From Fidelibacterota bacterium (GTDB lineage: Bacteria; Fidelibacterota; UBA8477; JABMPR01): 64,000 nt of DNA. Numbering within the stretch: the stretch's first letter is position 1; every line of letters begins with the position of its first letter. The notes beneath the pieces were generated by a model, which worked only from the letters and a program-made list of their open reading frames with translations, ran no database searches and had not been told where the DNA came from. This document shows, piece after piece, positions 35,927 to 45,468 of this stretch. A program made the position numbers and the translations under genes. The stretch covers positions 141 through 64,140 of the forward strand of contig JAIPGJ010000001.1 of the NCBI GenBank assembly GCA_021736185.1, given 5' to 3'.

Positions 35927-37444
35927 ATGGGACATCCGCAGACAAATAGAACGGTCCTCATTACCGGTGCCTCGGGATTTGTCGGTCGGCATCTTGTAAA
36001 ATATCTGTGCTCTGAGCATAAGGTCATCGCCTTTGCCCGGCGAACTCAAAAGGAAGTCGGTCTGGAACCACATCCCAATCTTGAGTGGGTTTTGGTAGAT
36101 ATCACTGATTCGAAACAATTGAAAAAAGCCTTTCTTAAGGCGACTACTTCACACCCCATTGATTTTATTTTTCATCTGGCTGCCTATTATGATTTTGGGG
36201 AGCAGATTTATTCAGATACCTATGAGAAAACCAATATTGAGGCAACTTATAACTTATTAGAATTGGCCAGAGCGGCTCATGTCCAACGATTTGTGTTTAC
36301 CAGTTCCATGGTTGCCAGCAATTTCCCCCTACCCGGCGATCTGGTTAATGAGCGCAACCTGCCAGATGCTGAATATCCTTATGCCATTACCAAACGTCAG
36401 GGGGAAAAACTGGTCCAGGAATTCTCCCATTATTTCCCCTGCTCGGTGGTGCGGCTGGCTGCAGTTTGCAGCGATTGGTGTGAGTATGAACCGCTTTATC
36501 ACTTTTTGAAAATATGGTTATCTGATCGATGGGATGCCCGTATTATCCCGGGTAAAGGAATGATGGCCATTCCCTATATCCATGTTTGCTGTATCATTTC
36601 ACTTTTCGTCCAGATCATGGAAAAATCTACCGAATTGAAGGATTATGATGTATTTCTGGCCAGTTCTGATCAACCCGTATCACTGGTTGAGTTATTTAGA
36701 TTTGCCACTCGTCATTATTATGGTGAGGAGCGACACCCTGTTTTTATCCCCGTTTTCCTGGCCAGGCTAGGTGTGTTTTTCCGCAATATCAGGGGCAAAC
36801 TGATGGGGCAGCCTCCGTTTGAAAAGTTATGGATGCTGGACTATACGGATAAAGCATTTCCTACTGATTCATCTTATACCAGAGCAACGCTCGATTGGCA
36901 ACCGAAAGCGCGGCACCAAATATCAAGACGCCTCCTTCATCTTATTGAAAATTTGAAAGCCAGACCAGAGGAATGGCATCGCAAAAACATTGATCGATTG
37001 CACAGATTTTCCAGAAGTCGACCTTCCCTCGCGCTAGCCGAAGAAATGATCAAGTTGCATGAGACCTTGGTGGAGACTATCACTTCCCACATTATGCAGC
37101 CTGAAAACGCAGAGCAGTTGAAGTTTTATCATTCCATGGAGGCTGATGAGCTCAAGTGGTATATAAGCGTTGTTTTTAATAATCTACTAACCTCTGTACG
37201 TCATGGGGACAGATCGATCATGATCGTCTTTGCCCACGATCTTGCCAACCGGCGCATGCAGGAGGATGTGAGCCTGGAAGAATTATGTGAAGTACTATAT
37301 ATCACTCGTGATGTCATCACAGAAAGTTTGTACAACAATCCCAAGCTCCACAATATGAAACTGCTTGTCCATGATTACATCACCCTGGCCATTCAACTGG
37401 CCATCGATGAAATCAAAGATATTTATGAAAATATCCCCCTCTAG
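35927..37444 (+). CDS. Paralog of 34341..35879 (SDR epimerase fold plus the same C-terminal domain)
   Basis: ITGASGFVGRHLV, YAITK, and conserved CSDWCEYxPLY and L.WY.S.V.N.L..VR.GDR motifs. Co-linear with the upstream gene over the full length. Confidence 0.75.
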   Translation: MGHPQTNRTVLITGASGFVGRHLVKYLCSEHKVIAFARRTQKEVGLEPHPNLEWVLVDITDSKQLKKAFLKATTSHPIDFIFHLAAYYDFGEQIYSDTYEKTNIEATYNLLELARAAHVQRFVFTSSMVASNFPLPGDLVNERNLPDAEYPYAITKRQGEKLVQEFSHYFPCSVVRLAAVCSDWCEYEPLYHFLKIWLSDRWDARIIPGKGMMAIPYIHVCCIISLFVQIMEKSTELKDYDVFLASSDQPVSLVELFRFATRHYYGEERHPVFIPVFLARLGVFFRNIRGKLMGQPPFEKLWMLDYTDKAFPTDSSYTRATLDWQPKARHQISRRLLHLIENLKARPEEWHRKNIDRLHRFSRSRPSLALAEEMIKLHETLVETITSHIMQPENAEQLKFYHSMEADELKWYISVVFNNLLTSVRHGDRSIMIVFAHDLANRRMQEDVSLEELCEVLYITRDVITESLYNNPKLHNMKLLVHDYITLAIQLAIDEIKDIYENIPL

Positions 37445-37451
37445 GAAAACG

Positions 37452-37982
37452 CTAAGCAGTCAGCATCGAGAGCTCGTTTTGACAGGTCTGGCAAAACATA
37501 TCTGACTTTTGATCCATTTCTTCTACATAGGTGGTTGAGACCATGACGCAGCCAGGCTTTAGGCAGTGTTTCAGTCCAAACGTGTGACCGAGCTCATGGA
37601 CGATACACTTGATGATACGATCCGAAAATATTTGTGGATCACTGGCGAGACCATATCGTCTATTCTCTAAACGATGCCCTGAGACCAGGGCCACGGATCC
37701 ACCCAGGTAGGCCTGTCCAAATATGTAACTGAGTACGGGTATAAATAAATCCAAGTCAGTGACGCCGACGATTTTATCATCTTCACCTGCCAAAGGGAGC
37801 AACTTTTGTATGATTTCATTGGCATTATACTGAGATCTCACCGGATTGAAGAAGGGGGTCAAGTCCAGATGTTGACCGCTCAATCTGGTTTCCATCTTGA
37901 AGCGATTGCTGAGCACAGAAAGCATTGTTTCCATCGTAGAAACGCTGGAAAACTGTAGAGGAATGATCCTGATCAGGGGCAT
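37452..37982 (-). CDS. Archaemetzincin-like zinc metallopeptidase (M54)
   Basis: HELGHTFGLKHCLKPGCVM-x16-CQTC reproduces the archaemetzincin signature HExxHxxGx3Cx4CxMx17CxxC. Confidence 0.7.
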   Translation of the reverse strand: MPLIRIIPLQFSSVSTMETMLSVLSNRFKMETRLSGQHLDLTPFFNPVRSQYNANEIIQKLLPLAGEDDKIVGVTDLDLFIPVLSYIFGQAYLGGSVALVSGHRLENRRYGLASDPQIFSDRIIKCIVHELGHTFGLKHCLKPGCVMVSTTYVEEMDQKSDMFCQTCQNELSMLTA

Positions 37983-38002
37983 GAATCTAAGCCTGATCTA
38001 GA

Positions 38003-39343
38003 CTATTTTGGTTTCTCTATTTTATACTTTTTAATTTTACTGTAAAGGGTTACCCGGTCAACCCCCAGAGCTTTGGCCGCGCGTGAGATATTCCAATCAT
38101 ATTTAGTAAGTATTGCCTCAATGTGATGTTGTTCCATATCCTGGATGGACTCCCAAGTGGGTTTGGACATCTGGTGTTCGAAGGGGAGATCTTTGAGTTG
38201 CACCGTATCACCGGTTCCGATGACAATGGCTCGCTCAATGAGATTTTCAAGTTCACGTACGTTCCCAGGGAAAGCATAATTGTTCAAGGCTTTGGCTGCT
38301 CGTTTACCGATGTAGCGCGTTCCCTTGTTCATCTGGTCAGCATAGAGTTTAACAAAGTGTTCGGAGAGGAGTTTAATATCCTCTGGTCGTTCCCGTAGTG
38401 GCGGTATTTCAATTGAGAATACATTTAATCTATAATACAAATCCTCTCGAAACTCTCCAGCTTTGACCATGGTCTGCAAGTCCCGGTTGGTAGCGCAGAT
38501 CACTCGAAAGTCAGATTGGAGTTCACGGTTCCCGCCAACCCGGGTAAAGCGTTTTGATTCCAATACGCGCAATAATTCTATTTGCATCTTCATGGAGATA
38601 GTAGAAATCTCGTCCAGAAAAAGAGTTGCCCCATCAGCCATTTCAAATTTGCCTTTTCGCGCATATTGAGCACCGGTAAAAGCACCTCGTTCATGACCGA
38701 ACAGCTCGCTTTCCATGAGACTTTCAGCAATGGCGCCGCAATGCACAGTTACCATGGGAAAGAAACGTCTCGGCGAATTCATATGAATAGCTTTGGCGAT
38801 GAGTTCTTTACCCGTACCACTTTCGCCATGAATGATCACTGTTGAATCAGTTTCAGCCACAATTCTGACCTGCTCGAGGACTTTGAGAATACCCTCGCTT
38901 TGACCGATGATGTATTCAACATTGACCAGGCTTTTAATCCGATCCTGAAGCGAGAGGTTTTCACGGCTCAATTGAATGGATTTGCTCGCATTCCGTATGA
39001 TATGTGTGACTGCATCTGGATCGAATGGTTTGCATACATAATCGTAGGCTCCATCTTTCAAAGCTTGTACCGCAGAATCCACGGAAGCAAAAGCGGTCAT
39101 AATAATGACGATGGTATCTTCATTGATGGCTTTAATTCGCCGGTTGAGCTCAAGTCCGTCCATTCCAGGGAGTTTGATATCGATCAGGACGATGTGAAAG
39201 TGGAATGCTTCAATCTTTTTCAGGGCAACTTTGGCATCTTCAGCTGTGTCGACATCATAACCATCCTCGAGAAACCAATTGGATAGTGAATCCCTGACAG
39301 ATAGCTCGTCATCGACTACCAATATGGAAAGATTATTGTCCAT
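38003..39343 (-). CDS. Sigma54-dependent response regulator (NtrC family)
   Basis: Receiver domain (ILVVDDE...D). AAA+ core with GESGTGKE Walker A and the GAFTGA sigma54-contact motif (ERGAFTGAQ). C-terminal Fis-type HTH. ATG 39343 follows GGGAGG. Confidence 0.9.
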   Translation of the reverse strand: MDNNLSILVVDDELSVRDSLSNWFLEDGYDVDTAEDAKVALKKIEAFHFHIVLIDIKLPGMDGLELNRRIKAINEDTIVIIMTAFASVDSAVQALKDGAYDYVCKPFDPDAVTHIIRNASKSIQLSRENLSLQDRIKSLVNVEYIIGQSEGILKVLEQVRIVAETDSTVIIHGESGTGKELIAKAIHMNSPRRFFPMVTVHCGAIAESLMESELFGHERGAFTGAQYARKGKFEMADGATLFLDEISTISMKMQIELLRVLESKRFTRVGGNRELQSDFRVICATNRDLQTMVKAGEFREDLYYRLNVFSIEIPPLRERPEDIKLLSEHFVKLYADQMNKGTRYIGKRAAKALNNYAFPGNVRELENLIERAIVIGTGDTVQLKDLPFEHQMSKPTWESIQDMEQHHIEAILTKYDWNISRAAKALGVDRVTLYSKIKKYKIEKPK

Positions 39344-41009
39344 CCTCAAGCCTCCCAACACTAAGTTTAAATATAAATTTCATTGAGGTTCCAACTCCTG
39401 GAGTTGAATCAACAGCCACCCTGGCCTGATGTTGTTCCAAAATCCCATACGTGACTGCCAGTCCAAGGCCAATTCCAGACATTTCTTTTTTGCTGGAGAA
39501 AAAGGGCTCAAAAATATGCTCCAAATCAGATTCTGGAATACCAATGCCATTGTCTTTAATTTCAATAATAACATGCTCCATATCCGGATTAGAGCTGCGG
39601 TAGGTCACCAGACCCTCCGAACCTGGACGAACAGCTTCCAGGGCATTGGTAAGTGTGGCCAGACAGGCCTGAATGATTTGGTTGCCATTGGCCATGATTT
39701 TATCTCTGCTGGCTGAAAAATCAGTAACGAGTCTCACATCAGAGATTTGGAAACTATGCTGAATAAGCTTTTCAGTTTCCATAAGCACCTCATTAAGGTG
39801 AATTTCCTCAAATTTTTCGCTACCATCCCTGGAAAAATTTAGCAGACCTTTTACAATATTACCACAGCGGGTAGTTTCAGACTGAATCATATCAAGATGC
39901 TTTAAGACAGCGGTTTTCTTCTCATCCGTGAAATCACTGGTCTGAAGTATTCTGGAAACCAGCTTGGCATAGGTCAGAACTCCTGCCAAGGGGTTATTAA
40001 TTTCATGTGCTACCGAGGACGAAAGGCGACCCAGCGAGGCGAGTCTTTCGATTTGATATATTTCATTCTGAGTTCTGGCGATATCCTCCGATTTGCTCCG
40101 GACCTTACTTTCCAGCTCACTGGACCATTCATGTAACTCACGATTACTTTCATTAATGGATTCCAGCATGGTATTCAGTGCCAGACCCACCTGGTGAATA
40201 TCAATCAGGTCATTGGGTTGTATATCCACTCGAACCGATAAATTACCGGCAGAAACGGCCCGGCTGGCTTCCACAATCCGTTGGAGGGGCTGATTGATGC
40301 GGCGCTGGACAAAATACAACAAGGTGCCGACCAGGAGGATCAGAAAGAGCACCACAATGCTGAAGTATTCATACAAAACTTTGTTCAATGCCGAGTCCAC
40401 CTCAGTCAAGGGCAATTCAATTTCCATAAATCCCAGTACTTCGGAGGGGGAAGATGTTTGATGACAGGAAATCGAACCGCAGGAGGGGGCAGACATGATG
40501 GGTGAGAGGACGATCATATTCCGGCCGTCCTTAAGCTCCACATTGTATACGCAAGTAGCCGGCATGCCCCATTGAGCTGGATCTACTTCCGCATGGCAAT
40601 GGGAGCAGGGGAGCAGGGGCTCTTCGCCCCGGGCCTTACTTGAGGCATCCTGAGTGTGATGTTTGATCTCACCGCGATTATTATATATCCTAATCGCGCT
40701 GATACCAGGCACCTCCAACACCTCGTTGATGGCGCTGGCAAGTTCAGCATGATCCTCACTGATCATACTGCTGCGGATCGACTTATCAATGACCGTAGCC
40801 ATTCGTTTTCCAAAGCGGGTAGTGACACTTTCCAGATAATTGTTTGACATTGAAAAGATGAGCCAGGCTAAAAATGCGAAGAGAATCACAGACATGCTTA
40901 CCAGCAGGCTAAGGAGATGTCCATATAATGATTTTGGTTGAAACTTTTTTTTCATAAATGAGATGTGGTGTTTTTGCATTGGTGGAACCTGATTGAGCTT
41001 AGAGTTCAT
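39333..41009 (-). CDS. Sensor histidine kinase with a periplasmic heme-c-binding (CxxCH) sensor domain
   Basis: TM1, a roughly 170-aa periplasmic domain containing CSHCH plus CGSISCH, TM2, HAMP, HisKA (SSSVAHEINNPLAGV), HATPase_c (DNGIGIPE...GIGLGL). Start chosen at MNSKLNQ (GAGG-preceded ATG 41009). The ORF track extends to 41102. Confidence 0.85.
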   Translation of the reverse strand: MNSKLNQVPPMQKHHISFMKKKFQPKSLYGHLLSLLVSMSVILFAFLAWLIFSMSNNYLESVTTRFGKRMATVIDKSIRSSMISEDHAELASAINEVLEVPGISAIRIYNNRGEIKHHTQDASSKARGEEPLLPCSHCHAEVDPAQWGMPATCVYNVELKDGRNMIVLSPIMSAPSCGSISCHQTSSPSEVLGFMEIELPLTEVDSALNKVLYEYFSIVVLFLILLVGTLLYFVQRRINQPLQRIVEASRAVSAGNLSVRVDIQPNDLIDIHQVGLALNTMLESINESNRELHEWSSELESKVRSKSEDIARTQNEIYQIERLASLGRLSSSVAHEINNPLAGVLTYAKLVSRILQTSDFTDEKKTAVLKHLDMIQSETTRCGNIVKGLLNFSRDGSEKFEEIHLNEVLMETEKLIQHSFQISDVRLVTDFSASRDKIMANGNQIIQACLATLTNALEAVRPGSEGLVTYRSSNPDMEHVIIEIKDNGIGIPESDLEHIFEPFFSSKKEMSGIGLGLAVTYGILEQHQARVAVDSTPGVGTSMKFIFKLSVGRLEDGQ

Positions 41010-41076
41010 GTCCCCCTCAATAAAAAAGTGACTTCGTAAATAATCGCGTGAGTTAATTATGCATAATACATGCCAG

Positions 41077-41784
41077 TCAACAGACATAAGCCAGGCCATC
41101 ACTAATGCCTAGCAGGTATTTTGAGAATGCGCTTTTATTCAATTTGGATCGCCGAAGGAGTGTGTGCGGCGTAGGTTCATCTGACCTATGGAGGAGTTTG
41201 CTGAACCTATCCAGATCTTCCTCAGCCAGTTTTAGGTACTCATCTCGCCTGAGATATTCAAGTTCAAGTGAGTTTTCATCCACTTCCAATTCTACAAACC
41301 AGAGTTCTTCCTCAGGGCTCATATATAAATAAGTGTCCTGAATTTGATTTGAGCTGAACAGGGGATTGGACTGAAGAATTTGTCCAGATACGGGTGTGCG
41401 CAGGTAGATAATATCATCTTCCAATTGCAGCCAACTGAAACATTGTTTTTGAAGGAGTGCGGTGTTGACCTTGGGTGTAATTATTTTTTGAACTGAGGAA
41501 AAATATTGCCACAAAAATGCATCGATTCCCAGGCGAATTTTACCTTTCCCCGTTCTCTTGATCCAGAAATGCCGATGAGTGAATTGGAGCCCCGGTGTAA
41601 ACTGAATCACTGATACTTCAGGGTTTTTAATATCGATGGTGGTGGTTTCAGCTTTTATTCCAGGTCGTCGACACCCCCGCATCATTTCCCTGTGAAAATC
41701 ACATAAGTCGCAATTCTGTTTGAGGGGACAAAGTTGATATTCAACGGATTCGGCATCCATCCATATACATTTTTGCGATTCCAT
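41077..41784 (-). CDS. Soluble GcvH-fold protein with an N-terminal Cys-rich region
   Basis: HFWIKRTGKGKIRLGIDAF...IITPKV...IYLRTPVSGQILQSN aligns with the H-protein core (HEW..VGITD(F/Y)A..LP.VG..ES.K..IYAPVSGEV..N..L). No Lys at the lipoylation position. N-terminal CIW...C..C..C..C cluster. No TM helix. Confidence 0.6.
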   Translation of the reverse strand: MESQKCIWMDAESVEYQLCPLKQNCDLCDFHREMMRGCRRPGIKAETTTIDIKNPEVSVIQFTPGLQFTHRHFWIKRTGKGKIRLGIDAFLWQYFSSVQKIITPKVNTALLQKQCFSWLQLEDDIIYLRTPVSGQILQSNPLFSSNQIQDTYLYMSPEEELWFVELEVDENSLELEYLRRDEYLKLAEEDLDRFSKLLHRSDEPTPHTLLRRSKLNKSAFSKYLLGISDGLAYVC

Positions 41785-41873
41785 CTTTGATCCACCTATC
41801 TATCATTCAGCAGGGTAGGGAGGGGTAGTCCTAAAAGGACCCCCCTCCAAAAAGTCCCACTGACTCACTATTG

Positions 41874-42566
41874 TCATTTAGCTGCATCAATGAATTCAGA
41901 CTGGAATTCTTCCCATATTTCAGGTGAGAGTGATTCCAGCACCTTATCTTCGATTTCGCCACCTTCCTGGAGCAGGATAGGTTGAACGTTCAGATCATAT
42001 TTTCTTTCGGCAAAAGCGAGAACATCACGTAATCGGGCTTTTTCCTGCTGAATCCATCCTTGAGCTTTTTCACCTAGAATGAGCATGGTTTTTTCTGCAT
42101 CCCAGCGCTTGGGAGCCATATCGAACAGCCAATTCTCTGTGAAATCATTATGGGTACGCTTGCTGAATTTATGCAGGGCTTTTTTATTGATCGATGTTAA
42201 GGTTCCACTTACTGGCGAATAGATTTTCAGGCTTTTCCCATCGCCCATCAAGGTAGCTAGATGATCCCCGCGTTGAATCTCTCCACCACTATATTTATGA
42301 AGTTGTATAGAAACGGGACCTGTTAGAGCGGCTAAAAAATCGTCAATTCCCACTTGAACCTGACCCGCTGATTTGAGATAAGCCCAGGTATGGGTTTTAT
42401 CAAAGAAAACACCGCGGGGCAAGCGGACTTTGGCCAGTGAAAATAGGGGACCTTCAACTTCCTTCAAATAGGAGTAAAAGGGGATGAAAACGAGGAAGAA
42501 ACTTATGATGAGTAAGTATTCAACTCCTTTTGTTGAAAAAATATCAGTATAATAAAAACTAGGCAT
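41874..42566 (-). CDS. Membrane-tethered GcvH-fold protein (paralog B)
   Basis: One N-terminal TM helix, then THTWAYLKSAGQVQVGIDDFLAALTGPVSIQL...GDGKSLKIYSPVSGTLTSINKKAL...NWLFDMAPKRWD, a close match to the GcvH consensus, plus a C-terminal LLQEGGEI extension. Confidence 0.6.
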   Translation of the reverse strand: MPSFYYTDIFSTKGVEYLLIISFFLVFIPFYSYLKEVEGPLFSLAKVRLPRGVFFDKTHTWAYLKSAGQVQVGIDDFLAALTGPVSIQLHKYSGGEIQRGDHLATLMGDGKSLKIYSPVSGTLTSINKKALHKFSKRTHNDFTENWLFDMAPKRWDAEKTMLILGEKAQGWIQQEKARLRDVLAFAERKYDLNVQPILLQEGGEIEDKVLESLSPEIWEEFQSEFIDAAK

Positions 42567-43812
42567 GATTTGTCACCTCATAGTGTTTTGCTTTTTTTTC
42601 TGTCATGGATTCCATGGTTCTTAACACAGGCATACGATGCAGTACCCAACGAAAGATCCAGATTTGTACAAAGAGAATTGATACCGTCACGACAATTTCC
42701 ATCCAGGTGGGCACATATCGGGGAATCTGATCCCAACGATAAGCGATTACGGACACATTCATGCGATTGAGAACAATTCCAATCAGCGCCATGAGTGAGG
42801 CAAGTTTAATAATGAAGGGTGTTCCTAATCTGACTCCTCTGACGAAGAGCAGCATGGGGATGAGGACAAAACCAATCATCTCGAGCATATACCAGGCGCC
42901 CATAGGTGACATGAGATATCCCAGTGTATGATTGTGAACCATATCCACGATTTTAAGGAAGAAGTATACGAACATAGTGACAGCGCATACCTTGGACAAT
43001 CCTCGAATCATAACATTATTACGTTCATCACTATGCTCATCCATTTGATAGGCAAAGACCTTCTGTAGGATACTTCCCTGGAAAATCACCATGCTCAGTC
43101 CAGCAAAAATACTGGAAATGAAAAATAGTGTCGGGATAAACTCAGAATACCACAGAGGATGAATTTTGCCCTTGGCCATGAGGAAAAGCGCTCCAAGTCC
43201 TGACTGGTGTAAGGTGGAAAGGGTGATGCCAAAAATAACGGCACCAATGGTCAGGCGTTTCAGGTTTCGTCGCGCACGCTCCGAACCCAACCATTCCGCT
43301 ATCGTCGGAGAAAATTCGATGAGTTGGGCGACGATATAAAGAATGAAGTGCCAGGCCACCAGGAATAGAATACTGCTGGTCCCAAATGAGTTACCAATAA
43401 CGGGATTGATAATATTCCAGGGTTTTCCCAGATCTAGAATCAAGGCAATTGCATAAAAGGTGTAGGCGAGAAAGCCATTGAGAACGGTCACTCGAACCAA
43501 GGGCTTATATTTTTCCAAACCCAGGATATAAACCATGAAGGTTAATACATAGGCTCCACCGGCAAAGGCCACACCGGTAACCACGTTAAACCCTTTCCAT
43601 AATCCCCAGGGCATGGTTTGAGTCACATTTGAAACTGCTTCTAGACCATAAATAAAGCGTATCACAATGATCACGGCAGCAACCATCACCGTTGGCACTG
43701 AAATCATATTGAACACGGTCCAGGGATTGCCACGTGGTTTTAATTCAGATAGCAAAAATTTCCAAGTGCTGGCAGGACGTTTGTAGCTTTCAGATAGAAT
43801 GGTTTCACTCAT
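42559..43812 (-). CDS. NrfD/PsrC-family polytopic membrane subunit (paralog of hybB)
   Basis: About 10 TM helices. Overlaps the upstream FeS gene by 8 nt. ATG 43812 follows AGGAAGGAG. Confidence 0.8.
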   Translation of the reverse strand: MSETILSESYKRPASTWKFLLSELKPRGNPWTVFNMISVPTVMVAAVIIVIRFIYGLEAVSNVTQTMPWGLWKGFNVVTGVAFAGGAYVLTFMVYILGLEKYKPLVRVTVLNGFLAYTFYAIALILDLGKPWNIINPVIGNSFGTSSILFLVAWHFILYIVAQLIEFSPTIAEWLGSERARRNLKRLTIGAVIFGITLSTLHQSGLGALFLMAKGKIHPLWYSEFIPTLFFISSIFAGLSMVIFQGSILQKVFAYQMDEHSDERNNVMIRGLSKVCAVTMFVYFFLKIVDMVHNHTLGYLMSPMGAWYMLEMIGFVLIPMLLFVRGVRLGTPFIIKLASLMALIGIVLNRMNVSVIAYRWDQIPRYVPTWMEIVVTVSILFVQIWIFRWVLHRMPVLRTMESMTEKKAKHYEVTNHA

Positions 43813-44674
43813 GGTCATCTCCTTCCTTGTCTTTCTCTTTGGTTGCTTCTCTCAAACCCAGGAGCAATGCTGGCCAGAGAACAAAGACAGAAGGAACACT
43901 GTAGAGAAATCCCTTCGTTAATTCGGGGTAAGGCTTGGTTTCAAGATTCGTTTTAAAGCCAAGCTCTTCAAAGGGGACAGGGGATATGTTTAACCAGGAT
44001 GTCCCACCGGCTTCATATTCACCATAGACGTGGTCTACGTATGAATCAGGATCTTCAATGATTCTTTTATGGGCTTCGGCTAATATTTCGCTGCGTTTCC
44101 CAAAAATGAGTGCTTCAGCTGGACAGTTTTCAACGCAGGCTGGGACCTCACCTTTCGTTAATCTGTCAAAACACATCTGGCACTTGCCAATTTTTGGATT
44201 GTTGTCATCGAACTCGAATTGTGGGATATCGAATGGACAGGAGACCATGCAATAGCGACATCCCATACATTTCCCTTCTTCCCAGGTTACAGGTCCTTCT
44301 TTGTGTTTCTTCATGGCCTGAGTGAGACATGCAGATGCACAGGCCGGTTGGGCACAATGCATACATTGTTGTTTGGTATATACTTCACCGACACTGGTCT
44401 CAACGGCGTTGATCACCGAGTATTGATCAGGTTTTAATTTTCGTTTTATGCTACTATCAGGATAGTCATCGCTGGAAGGTTCCGGTAAATTATTAGCAGC
44501 AGCACAGGCAAATTCACACTCCTGGCAGCCTTCACACAAGGTAATGTCATGCAGAATAGCATAAAATTCTTCTGGATCAGAATCCGACTTAGTTTTTCCT
44601 AACGCAGAGACACCAGTGAGGCTGGCGCCCGCTACCCCGAGAGTCTTTAGAAATTCTCGTCTATCAATTGTCAT
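43805..44674 (-). CDS. Tat-exported 4x[4Fe-4S] ferredoxin subunit (NrfC/HybA/DsrO-like) with C-terminal TM anchor
   Basis: RREFLK Tat motif. Four Cys clusters: CEGCQECEFAC, CMHCAQPACASAC, CMGCRYCMVSCP, CQMC...CVENCP. C-terminal hydrophobic helix. Confidence 0.85.
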   Translation of the reverse strand: MTIDRREFLKTLGVAGASLTGVSALGKTKSDSDPEEFYAILHDITLCEGCQECEFACAAANNLPEPSSDDYPDSSIKRKLKPDQYSVINAVETSVGEVYTKQQCMHCAQPACASACLTQAMKKHKEGPVTWEEGKCMGCRYCMVSCPFDIPQFEFDDNNPKIGKCQMCFDRLTKGEVPACVENCPAEALIFGKRSEILAEAHKRIIEDPDSYVDHVYGEYEAGGTSWLNISPVPFEELGFKTNLETKPYPELTKGFLYSVPSVFVLWPALLLGLREATKEKDKEGDDHE

Positions 44675-44725
44675 AATATTTTATCCTTACAGGGTCTAGA
44701 GTAATATTTGTAGGTAGATGGATCA

Positions 44726-45436
44726 TCAGGAATGATGCAATAATTCCTGATTTGATGGATCCAGGATGAGCTTCTGAAATGAACCCCACAAACCTTTGCC
44801 TGCGAATCCCAGAGCGCCCTCGGCAATATCTCCGCCTTCTTGCAGAAGTACCACACCGCGTTCAGCATGGGGAGGCGCAAAAGAATGGGCAAAGAAATCA
44901 CGGATACGGGCGATTTCAGCTTTGAGCCAGCTGGCCGTACTTTGACCCAGATAAAGTCTGCGTGTCTCATGCTCCCAGTTATCGGGTTCCATTTCCAGAA
45001 GCCACCCGAAGGTATAGGGGTCACGATGGACCATGCGCAGGTTTTGAAGTGCTTCAGTATTAATCGTTTTAATCTTGCCGGATACTGGAGCCGTGATGAC
45101 GAGTTTGTTCCCCTTGTGGATGATGTCAAAAAGAGGATCCCCCTGTTTAACCCTGGTGTTGCCTTCAGGTACATGTATTTCTGAAAGAATACCCGTGAGT
45201 CCCTGAATGAATGCGTCAACACCTACCTTGGCGCGACCATTGGTTTCAAGATGCGCCCAGCTGTGGGTAGGACTGAAATATATGCCTGCCGGTACAGCCA
45301 TATTTTCCATCTTGAATTGATACGATTCACGTTTTACGAGTGGGGAGCTGCTGATCGCTTGATTACGTCGCATACTTTGATACCACGTAACACTGATAGC
45401 GATTGCTACAAATAAAATAACGAGTGAGATGACCAT
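44726..45436 (-). CDS. Membrane-tethered GcvH-fold protein (paralog A), first gene of the operon
   Basis: N-terminal TM helix followed by RR (C-in topology), then THSWAHLETNGRAKVGVDAFIQGLTGILSEI...ITAPVSGKIKTINTEAL...GWLLEMEPDNWE, the GcvH core. Strong AGGAGG ribosome-binding site. Confidence 0.6.
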   Translation of the reverse strand: MVISLVILFVAIAISVTWYQSMRRNQAISSSPLVKRESYQFKMENMAVPAGIYFSPTHSWAHLETNGRAKVGVDAFIQGLTGILSEIHVPEGNTRVKQGDPLFDIIHKGNKLVITAPVSGKIKTINTEALQNLRMVHRDPYTFGWLLEMEPDNWEHETRRLYLGQSTASWLKAEIARIRDFFAHSFAPPHAERGVVLLQEGGDIAEGALGFAGKGLWGSFQKLILDPSNQELLHHS

Positions 45437-45468
45437 AATGAACCTCCTTTTTAGTTCACCCCTATTAG

